From Patescibacteria group bacterium (GTDB lineage: Bacteria > Patescibacteriota > Minisyncoccia > Minisyncoccales > Staskawiczbacteraceae), in contig JAHIOM010000036.1 in assembly GCA_018895235.1 (NCBI GenBank), positions 1 through 50,628 on the forward strand: DNA of 50,628 nucleotides, written 5' to 3'. The notes under the pieces were generated by a model. That model worked only from the letters and a program-made list of their open reading frames with translations. It was not told the origin of the DNA and made no database searches. This document shows positions 19,166-26,588 of this stretch, piece after piece; positions within the stretch are counted from its first letter, which is position 1; each line of letters starts with the position of its first letter. The translations under genes were made by a program, and so were the position numbers.

Positions 19166-19251
19166 TTCCTGCCTCGCCTCAAAACAGACGGGTGAAAAAG
19201 TTTCTCCTACGTTGAAGATTCGGATGGACTACGGAAGGGCAGGGAAATTAA

Positions 19252-19310
19252 TCCCTCGATAAACTCGGGACAAGTTGACCCATCACTACTAAAATTTGGT
19301 ATTGAGGGCA
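19252..19310. repeat. Family B variant plus family A element
   Basis: TCCCTCGATAAACTCGGGACA (19252-19272); ACCCATCACTACTAAAATTTGGTATTGAGGGCA (19278-19310). Confidence 0.7.
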
Positions 19311-19342
19311 AGGAAATAAAATAAATTTTAATTTAGAATAAT

Positions 19343-20059
19343 ATGGAATTTGAAAAAGAAATTATTAGAGAAGAACAAGAAAGTTTAGATTTAGAAAAAG
19401 AGGTTGAAAAATTTGAAAAAAATTCAGAAAAATTAAAATTTTTAATTTCAACCATTGATAAATTAACATTTCCAGAAAACCCTCTGCCCGTGGAAGAAAA
19501 TGAAAATATTGGAGGGGTTCTTCCTGATGGCAAGATTTTTCCATTTAGAGCAAGATATAGTTTTTCTGAAAAAGATGGTCGAGTAATAAAAGAAAATTAT
19601 GAAGTTAATAATGTAGAACTAGATAAACGGCATTTAGAGTTTGGCATTTTTTTAAGTTTGGCAGTTCATGAGGTTAGGCATAGAGTGCAATGGACTAAAG
19701 AAAGAGAAAAAACTGAGTTTGAAATCTTTACCGAAAATGACCTTTCAGACTTTTTGGGGGAAACGTCGGAGATTCGGTCTTTAAAGAATTATTCAAAAAT
19801 ACAAAGATATTTAGAAATTAGAAAAGATCTTGCTGGAGATAGTGAAAGCTTTGACAAAGAAATAGATGCCATGATCATCGGTATTTTAGCTGAAATTTTA
19901 TTTAAAAAAAGAAAGGATATTTCAACTATTTCGGGGTTTGTTAAAAGTGATGATAAAGAAAAAATTTTAAAAGAAATTGGTGAGAATAAGAAAGAACTAT
20001 TAGAGGTAATTTCATCAAGGATAGAAGGTAATTTTTTGTATAAAAATGGTGAAAAATAG
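19343..20059 (+). CDS. Hypothetical protein with HExxH motif
   Basis: AVHEVRHRVQW and a downstream EIDA. Confidence 0.55.
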   Translation: MEFEKEIIREEQESLDLEKEVEKFEKNSEKLKFLISTIDKLTFPENPLPVEENENIGGVLPDGKIFPFRARYSFSEKDGRVIKENYEVNNVELDKRHLEFGIFLSLAVHEVRHRVQWTKEREKTEFEIFTENDLSDFLGETSEIRSLKNYSKIQRYLEIRKDLAGDSESFDKEIDAMIIGILAEILFKKRKDISTISGFVKSDDKEKILKEIGENKKELLEVISSRIEGNFLYKNGEK

Positions 20060-20094
20060 GAAAAAAATAATGTCAACTGTCGAAAAATTAATTG

Positions 20095-20128
20095 ACCCGT
20101 CACTACCAATTTTATTGGTGTGAGGGCA
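20095..20128. repeat. Family A element
   Basis: ACCC-G-TCACTACCAA-TTTTA-TTGGTGTGA-GGGCA after AAAAATTAATTG. Confidence 0.75.
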
Positions 20129-20150
20129 AGGGAATAAAAATTATAAAAAT

Positions 20151-20462
20151 ATGGAATTTAAAGAAATTCAAAAAAAGGTAATTAATAACGCCATCAATTA
20201 TGGGAAAAAATACAACGTAAAAATTGATGAAGATTTTGCATTATTTAAATTATATGAAGAGGTAGGCGAATTAGCGCAGTCTGTCTTAATACATAGGAAA
20301 AAGTGCAGACCCGAAAAATATCTTCCAGAAGAAAAATCAAAAGAAGAATTAGCAAAAGAGCTTGCAGATGTTTTAGGAATGATAATAGTAAATGCTTATC
20401 TTTTAGATATTGATTTAGAAGACGCAATAAATAGAAAGTGGATTAATAAAGAAAAGGGTTAG
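20151..20462 (+). CDS. MazG-like NTP pyrophosphohydrolase, copy 2
   Basis: Same length as 13647-13958; about 6 of 103 residues differ by visual comparison. Confidence 0.8.
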   Translation: MEFKEIQKKVINNAINYGKKYNVKIDEDFALFKLYEEVGELAQSVLIHRKKCRPEKYLPEEKSKEELAKELADVLGMIIVNAYLLDIDLEDAINRKWINKEKG

Positions 20463-20477
20463 ACCAAACAGGTTTTA

Positions 20478-20511
20478 ACCCCAGTAGAAGAACAAAGCTC
20501 TCTACGGGGCA
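20478..20511. repeat. Family A element
   Basis: ACCCC-A-GTAGAAGAACAAAGCTCTCTAC-GGGGCA; sibling of 11006-11041. Confidence 0.75.
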
Positions 20512-20521
20512 AATAAAAATT

Positions 20522-20959
20522 ATGGCGAAACAAAGATTTAAAATAATTCCTGCAGTATATTTAATCTTAATTAAGGATGATAAAATTCTTCTTTCTCGAA
20601 GATATAATACTGGTTTTTGCGATGGGGAGTATAGTTTCCCTGCAGGGCATTTAGAGGGAAATGAAACATTCGAAGAAGCTCTTGTTAGGGAAACAGAGGA
20701 AGAAATAGGAATAAAATTAAACCTGAAAGATTTAAAGTTGGTTCATGTTATAGATAGAAAACAACCAAAAGAGGAGAGGGTTGATTTCTTTTTTACAAGC
20801 AGAAAATGGAAGGGCGAACCAAAAATTATGGAGCCTCACAAATGCGATGATTTAGATTGGTTTTCACTCAGTAATCTTCCCGATAATGTAATACCTTATA
20901 TTAGGCAGGTAATTAAATGTGTTTTAACTAATAATTTTTATAGTGAATTTGGTTGGTAA
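20522..20959 (+). CDS. NUDIX hydrolase
   Basis: GHLEGNETFEEALVRETEEEIG Nudix box. Confidence 0.9.
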   Translation: MAKQRFKIIPAVYLILIKDDKILLSRRYNTGFCDGEYSFPAGHLEGNETFEEALVRETEEEIGIKLNLKDLKLVHVIDRKQPKEERVDFFFTSRKWKGEPKIMEPHKCDDLDWFSLSNLPDNVIPYIRQVIKCVLTNNFYSEFGW

Positions 20960-21654
20960 AATTAAAAAACAAAAATAAAATTATGCCAAAGTCTTTTAAT
21001 TATGTTTTTGTTGACGAATCAGGCGATCCCGGTAAACCATATAAAACAGACAAGGGCGGAAATAAAATTCCTACTGGCGCAAGTTTATTTTATATTTTAT
21101 CTGCTGTTTGTGTTGATTCAAAAAAACTATTTGCTATGGAAAATAGAATTATGGAAATAAAGGGTCATTATAGTTATCGTAGCGAATTAAAAGCTCAAAA
21201 TATACCATTAAAAATGTATAAAGATTTATTGGACATAATTAATGAATTGAAAATTAAAATTTATTATAGGCTTATAGATAAAACAAAATATAGAGGAACT
21301 TTTGCGGTTGATGGAAAAAAGAAGTTGCACAATGTTTTTGATGAATATAATTTAGTAAAGTTGGTATCTTTCGCAATTAAAAAATGCAGATTTGATAAGG
21401 CTGAGGTGATTATAGATAGAGCCGATCGCAGATTGTTAGACGGTAGGTTTGATAATTTCAATAATTACTTAATAAATAAAGTTAATACCAAAACAATAAA
21501 AATAGTAGAATTTATTACTCATGTGAACTCGGAATATGTAAATGTGATGCAGATGTCTGATTTAGTAAGTGGTGCTATAAAGGATGACTTTACGGGTAAA
21601 AATAAAGAACTTTTAAAAATTATTAATAAGCGATTTTTGGAAAAAATTTGGTAA
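20953..21654 (+). CDS. DUF3800 domain protein (start may be ATG 20983)
   Basis: YVFVDESGDPG at the N-terminus, QMSDLVSGAI at the C-terminus. Confidence 0.8.
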   Translation: MVKLKNKNKIMPKSFNYVFVDESGDPGKPYKTDKGGNKIPTGASLFYILSAVCVDSKKLFAMENRIMEIKGHYSYRSELKAQNIPLKMYKDLLDIINELKIKIYYRLIDKTKYRGTFAVDGKKKLHNVFDEYNLVKLVSFAIKKCRFDKAEVIIDRADRRLLDGRFDNFNNYLINKVNTKTIKIVEFITHVNSEYVNVMQMSDLVSGAIKDDFTGKNKELLKIINKRFLEKIW

Positions 21655-21662
21655 ATATAAAT

Positions 21663-21733
21663 AAAAAAAAGCGGGCACCCAGACCTGGGACACGCTTCAT
21701 GATTAATAATAGCAGACCTACGCCTATTGTCAA
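21663..21733 (-). ncRNA. Putative small RNA transcription unit convergent with the DUF3800 gene
   Basis: Minus-strand TTGACA(21733-21728)-16 bp-TATTAT(21711-21706) with TGC extension; GC-rich hairpin 21670-21696 followed by a U-tract. Confidence 0.55.
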
Positions 21734-21765
21734 TAGTTTCCAAGGAGTAAGAAATTAATTGAGGA

Positions 21766-21805
21766 ACCCCGGTAGTAGCCCGCCTCAGGCGGATACTACG
21801 GGGCA
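21766..21805. repeat. Family A element in the xseA leader
   Basis: ACCCC-G-GTAGTAGCCCGCC-TCA-GGCGGATACTAC-GGGGCA. Confidence 0.75.
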
Positions 21806-21815
21806 AGTAAAAATT

Positions 21816-23093
21816 ATGGCAAATAATACAGATAAAAAAGAGGATAAAATATTTTCTATTTCAGAATACATTGGATTTCTTAACTCAGAATTAAAAAAAT
21901 GTGCGGCAAAAATTATTGGAGAGGTTGGCAAAGTAGATATTTATCCGAGCGGCCATGTTTATTTTTCGTTAAGAGACGAAAAAGACAAAAGTGTGATTAG
22001 TTGTATAATTTGGAAATCACAATATAAATTATTTGGTATTGAAATAAAAGAGGGCGTTAAGATTATTGCAACTGGTCGTCCGGATATATATAAACAAACG
22101 GGACGACTTTCTTTTATAGCCGAAACAATTGAACTTGCAGGAGAGGGTATATTAAAGAAAGAATATGAAAAATTGAAGAAAAAATTAGGCGACGAAGGAA
22201 TTTTTGAAGAGAGTAAAAAAAGATCTATCCCAGCATATCCTCAAAAGATAGGAATAATTACTTCAAAACAGGGAGCAGTTCTATCAGATTTTCTAAGTAA
22301 TATTGGCAATTATGGTTTTAAAATTAAAATGGTTGATTCCAGAGTCGAGGGACAATCATCTATTACAGATTTACTATCAGCCATTAAGATCATTAAGAAA
22401 AAAGATATCGAAGTTTTGATTATTATGAGGGGTGGCGGTTCTTTCGAATCATTACAGCCGTTTAATAACGAATTATTGGTTAGAGAAGTTGCAAATTTTC
22501 CTGTTCCGGTAATTGCTGCTATCGGTCACGACAAAGATGTGCCGTTAGTTTCCTTAGCCGCAGATCTTGAAGTTTCTACTCCAAGTATTGCCGCCATTAC
22601 GCTCAGTAAATCATGGAAGGAAGCCATTATATTTTTAGAAAGATATGAAAGAAATATTATTGGCGGATATGAAAATATTTTGCAGGACGCCGTTTCTTTA
22701 ATTAATAAATCAATTGATATGGTCCGCGATTCTAAGAACCTGATTATTGACAAGTACAAAAGGGTTGAAAATAAAATGAGAGTTTCACTCCAAAATTTTA
22801 GCAATATCCTTAATAATATTAGTTTAAGGATAGATAATTTAATAGATAGATCTTTTTTTGGCTTAAAATATTTAATTTTAACGGCGCAACAAAATTTAAA
22901 ACACGCTGAGAGAATTATTTCAATTAACAGTCCAGAACGTCAACTTAATTTGGGCTATAGTATTGCCTTTTCTGATGGTAAAATAATCAGAAATACGGAA
23001 GATACTGAAATAGGAAAAAATATAGACCTTCGAGTTGTAGACGGAACAATTATTTCACAAGTAAAAAATATTAATAAAATTAACAAAAAATAA
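21816..23093 (+). CDS. xseA: Exodeoxyribonuclease VII large subunit
   Basis: SGHVYFSLRD, RGGGSFESL, IGHDKD; start placed at AAAATTATG. Confidence 0.95.
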   Translation: MANNTDKKEDKIFSISEYIGFLNSELKKCAAKIIGEVGKVDIYPSGHVYFSLRDEKDKSVISCIIWKSQYKLFGIEIKEGVKIIATGRPDIYKQTGRLSFIAETIELAGEGILKKEYEKLKKKLGDEGIFEESKKRSIPAYPQKIGIITSKQGAVLSDFLSNIGNYGFKIKMVDSRVEGQSSITDLLSAIKIIKKKDIEVLIIMRGGGSFESLQPFNNELLVREVANFPVPVIAAIGHDKDVPLVSLAADLEVSTPSIAAITLSKSWKEAIIFLERYERNIIGGYENILQDAVSLINKSIDMVRDSKNLIIDKYKRVENKMRVSLQNFSNILNNISLRIDNLIDRSFFGLKYLILTAQQNLKHAERIISINSPERQLNLGYSIAFSDGKIIRNTEDTEIGKNIDLRVVDGTIISQVKNINKINKK

Positions 23094-23094
23094 T

Positions 23095-23346
23095 ATGACC
23101 AAAGAAAAACCAGATATTAAAAACCTAAGCGATAATCTTAAGAAGTTGTCGGATATTGCCGATTGGTTTGACAACAGAGAGGATGCTGACATTGAACAAG
23201 GTTTAGAGAAAGTGAAAGAAGCCGTTGTGCTTATTAAGGCAAGCAAAGAACGCCTTAAAGAAATTGAGAACGAATTTGAAGAAATTAAAAAAGAAATAGA
23301 TATTGATGGCGAAAAGGAGGAAGATAATAGTAAACAAGATGTTTAA
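23095..23346 (+). CDS. xseB: Exodeoxyribonuclease VII small subunit
   Basis: Helical hairpin pattern; position directly after xseA. Confidence 0.8.
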   Translation: MTKEKPDIKNLSDNLKKLSDIADWFDNREDADIEQGLEKVKEAVVLIKASKERLKEIENEFEEIKKEIDIDGEKEEDNSKQDV

Positions 23347-23371
23347 CGCCCGATGTTAAACAATAAATTCT

Positions 23372-23587
23372 ATGCCAGCAAAAGATAATCCTAATCCACC
23401 GAAAAGAAACGAGATTAAAATTGGTGAAGCAGTGTGGATTATTGAAAAAGAACATTATGGTACGCAAAACTTCAAACAGGGGATTGTAAAGGAAATTTTA
23501 ACTTCCAAGAATGTCCATTCGCGCGGCATCAAAGTACGGCTTACTGATGGTTTGGTCGGCCGCGTGCAATGGATAATGGAAGATTGA
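23372..23587 (+). CDS. YwbE family protein
   Basis: GIVKEILTS..HSRGIKVRLTDGLVGRVQ. Confidence 0.85.
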   Translation: MPAKDNPNPPKRNEIKIGEAVWIIEKEHYGTQNFKQGIVKEILTSKNVHSRGIKVRLTDGLVGRVQWIMED

Positions 23588-23610
23588 TAAAAAAAAATGA
23601 AAGAGATGTT

Positions 23611-23671
23611 AAGAACCTCGCCTTCGGCGAGAACCTTGATTCGCTAATGTATAATCATATGATCTTAAATT
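23611..23671 (+). repeat. 61-bp hairpin-plus-promoter element (family C)
   Basis: AAGAACCTCGCCTTCGGCGAGAACCTTGATT-N16-TATGATCTTAAATT. Confidence 0.8.
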
Positions 23672-23922
23672 TAACAATACTTGCGACAGTTGCCGGGGTT
23701 CTAATGGCGTTAGCCAATTACCCTCAGGCGATTAAGATTATAAAAAGGAAAAGCTCAAAAGATGTTTCTTTGCTGACTTTTTCTATTATGTTGTTTGGAA
23801 CGATTGTCTGGTTTATTTACGGGATTAGCATTGGCAACCTGCCGGTGATTATTTCTTACGGTATTGGTTTAACCGGCTCTTCTTTTGTAATATTGGCATA
23901 TTTTATTTATAGGGGTAGGTAG
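23647..23922 (+). CDS. SemiSWEET/MtN3 (PQ-loop) sugar transporter; 5' end remodelled by the element
   Basis: YPQAIKIIKRKSSKDVS, three TM helices. Confidence 0.8.
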   Translation: MYNHMILNLTILATVAGVLMALANYPQAIKIIKRKSSKDVSLLTFSIMLFGTIVWFIYGISIGNLPVIISYGIGLTGSSFVILAYFIYRGR

Positions 23923-24012
23923 AAATTAAGGGGTTGAAAAAGAATAAGATTGTGTTAAAGTAGATATTCTTAACGGCCCTTTAACAAAACAAAAACTAGA
24001 AGGAGCGAAAGA

Positions 24013-24963
24013 ATGAATAAGAATGAATTTGAAGAGTTTTTTAAACGCTATGAAGGAAATCCGATTTTAACACCAGAAATTTGGCCCTATAAAGTATCAT
24101 CAGTTTTTAATCCGGGTGCAATAAAATTCAATAATGAAGTATTGCTTTTGGTACGGGTTGAAGATAGGGAAGGTCATTCGCATTTAACTATTGCTACGAG
24201 CAAAGATGGAAAAACAAATTGGCATATAAATCCCGAACCAGCGTTAGCAGCAGAACCAGAGTTTGGTGAAGCGATATTTGGGTTAGAGGATCCGAGGATT
24301 GTTTGGTCAGAAGAGCGACAAGAATATATGATTACCTGTGTTTCTTTCTTTGAAGGAGTGGCTGGAGAACCCCCTGGTATTTCTCTGATAACAACCAAAG
24401 ATTTCTCTGATTTTAAACGCTTGGGTCGTCAGTTAATACCCCCGAACAAAGATGCTTCTTTACTTCCTAAAACTATTAAAGGATACTATGCCCTTATACA
24501 CAGGCCGATTGTTGATGGTAGGACCGATATTTGGGTTTCTTTTTCCAAAGACCTGAATTTTTGGGGAAAAGAGAGGGTTTTAATTCCTGCTAGAAATAGA
24601 ACCTGGGATAATGCTAGGGTGGGATTAGGACCGCCGCCGATTGAAACGCCAGAGGGATGGTTGGTTATCTATCATGGAGCAAAAGATACAGCATCTGGCA
24701 CTATTTATCGAGTTGGCCTGGTTTTATTGGATTTAGAAACCCTTGAGGTGATTCGTCGGAGCAGAGATTGGGTCTTTGGTCCGAAAGAATATTATGAGAG
24801 AGTGGGCGATGTAGATGATATTGTTTTCCCTTGCGGTGCCATTGTTGATGAAAAAACAAATGAACTTTTAGTTTATTATGGGGCTGCGGATTCAGTGGTA
24901 GCGTTAGCCACTGCAAATTTAGACGATGTTTTGACTTATTTAAAAAAGTGCACCGAATATTAA
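24013..24963 (+). CDS. Glycoside hydrolase family 130 mannoside phosphorylase/glycosidase
   Basis: VFNPGA, EDPRI, NKDA, HRP, YERVGDVDDIVFPCG. Confidence 0.9.
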   Translation: MNKNEFEEFFKRYEGNPILTPEIWPYKVSSVFNPGAIKFNNEVLLLVRVEDREGHSHLTIATSKDGKTNWHINPEPALAAEPEFGEAIFGLEDPRIVWSEERQEYMITCVSFFEGVAGEPPGISLITTKDFSDFKRLGRQLIPPNKDASLLPKTIKGYYALIHRPIVDGRTDIWVSFSKDLNFWGKERVLIPARNRTWDNARVGLGPPPIETPEGWLVIYHGAKDTASGTIYRVGLVLLDLETLEVIRRSRDWVFGPKEYYERVGDVDDIVFPCGAIVDEKTNELLVYYGAADSVVALATANLDDVLTYLKKCTEY

Positions 24964-25040
24964 CGAATATTAATCAAAAATGCCTCGCTTTTGCGGGGCT
25001 TTTATTTTTAAGAAAAATAAAGTAAGATAAATAATTATTT

Positions 25041-25235
25041 ATGGAATGCAGACAAAAAGAAAATTTAAAAAGATGCCCTTGCACCTATCCCGATTGTCCG
25101 AGAAAGGGGATTTGTTGCGAATGTTTAAAATATCATTTAGCGAGCAAGGAATTACCTGCTTGCTATTTTTCAAAAGAAGCGGAAAAGACCTATGACCGTT
25201 CAGTTGAAAAATTTATTCAAAATAAAACAAAATGA
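25041..25235 (+). CDS. Small Cys-rich protein (DUF6485-like)
   Basis: CPCTYPDCPRKGICCECLKYH..LPACYF. Confidence 0.65.
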   Translation: MECRQKENLKRCPCTYPDCPRKGICCECLKYHLASKELPACYFSKEAEKTYDRSVEKFIQNKTK

Positions 25236-25855
25236 ATGTTTTTGAAAGATTATACAAAGAACTTAGAAAGAAATACGGGACGCCTAAGGGACAATGGAAA
25301 CTTTGGTGCAAAAGGCCAAAAACCAAAAGAGAAAGAGAAAAAGTGATAATCGGGGCAATTCTAACCCAGAGGACAAATTGGAAGAACGTAGAATTAGCCC
25401 TAAATAATTTAAAAAAGGCAAAAATAAATTCGTTAAGGGATATTTATCGATTAGGCGCAAAGAAATTAGCGCCCTTGATTAAACCATCGGGATTTTATAA
25501 AACCAAGGCGCAATATCTGCTTAATTTAACCAAGTTTGTTATCACAGAGGGGTGGTTAGATAATACTCGCCATACGATAAAAAAGGCGGAACTCGAAAAA
25601 TTAAGGGAAGAATTACTAGAATTGAAAGGCATTGGGCCAGAAACAGCAGATAGTATTTTGCTTTACGTCCTAGACAAACCAATTTTCGTGATAGACGAAT
25701 ATACCAGAAGATTAGTTAAAAATCATAATTTGGCAAGCAGAACTGATTATCAATTTTTACAAAAATTGTTTGAGGAAAATTTAAGAAAGGATTACCGCTT
25801 ATACCAAGATTTCCACGCTTTAATCGTTATTAACGCTAAAAATTCAATTAATTAA
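25232..25855 (+). CDS. Endonuclease III-like HhH-GPD glycosylase, lacking the C-terminal 4Fe-4S motif
   Basis: AILTQRTNW, LKGIGPETADSILLY, FVIDEY. Confidence 0.85.
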   Translation: MNVFERLYKELRKKYGTPKGQWKLWCKRPKTKREREKVIIGAILTQRTNWKNVELALNNLKKAKINSLRDIYRLGAKKLAPLIKPSGFYKTKAQYLLNLTKFVITEGWLDNTRHTIKKAELEKLREELLELKGIGPETADSILLYVLDKPIFVIDEYTRRLVKNHNLASRTDYQFLQKLFEENLRKDYRLYQDFHALIVINAKNSIN

Positions 25856-25859
25856 AAAA

Positions 25860-26459
25860 ATGACACTTATTTTAACTGATGAAAACTTTGAAAAAGAAAT
25901 ACAGAGCATAGATAAACCGGTTTTAGTTGATTTCTTTGCTACTTGGTGCGGACCCTGTACTACTTTAGATCCAATTTTAGAAAAAATAGCTGATGATCTA
26001 AAAGATGAAATTGTTTTGGTAAGGGTTGAGCTTGATAATATTCCTATTACTGCTCAAAAATTTGGAATTGATAGAATTCCAGCAGTTGTTCTTTTTAGGG
26101 GTGGAAAACCAATTAGCGGTTTTATCGGGTTAAGGACAGAGGAATTTATTAAAGAATGGCTGGAAAAAACAATAAAACAACCAGAAGACAATATCCAAGA
26201 AAAAGTTGAAGAATTAAATAGATGGTATGCTAATTACGCTAAAGAAAACGGATTTAACCTGAATCCCAATAAAGAGATGGTCCAAAGATTAATAAGGGGT
26301 TTGCTGGAAAACGAGAAAAAACACGGCCAACGATATTGTCCTTGCAGAAGAGTTACGGGAGATAAGGAAGCGGATGCAAAGAACATTTGTCCCTGTTATT
26401 ACCATCTTAATGAGATTAAAAAAAATGGGCAGTGTTTCTGCGGGTTGTTCTTAAATTAA
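25860..26459 (+). CDS. Thioredoxin fused to ferredoxin-thioredoxin reductase catalytic subunit
   Basis: WCGPC; then YCPCR, ICPCYYH, CFCGLF. Confidence 0.85.
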   Translation: MTLILTDENFEKEIQSIDKPVLVDFFATWCGPCTTLDPILEKIADDLKDEIVLVRVELDNIPITAQKFGIDRIPAVVLFRGGKPISGFIGLRTEEFIKEWLEKTIKQPEDNIQEKVEELNRWYANYAKENGFNLNPNKEMVQRLIRGLLENEKKHGQRYCPCRRVTGDKEADAKNICPCYYHLNEIKKNGQCFCGLFLN

Positions 26460-26588
26460 GAATGGCAAAGTAACTATTTTTTAACTTAACCTTATGATAA
26501 AATCACGAGGTTTTTGTTTTGACTTTTTTTTACTGTTTGGTATAGTAATAGAGGTATTTTTAAAAGTTCTTTAAAAAAGGAGAGTCTA

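Noticed and set aside
10098-21818. CRISPR array or canonical integron attC sites
   Set aside because: Repeats are separated by whole genes, not 30-40 nt spacers, and no cas genes are present. No RYYYAAC..GTTRRRY pairing brackets the hairpins and no intI is in the window.
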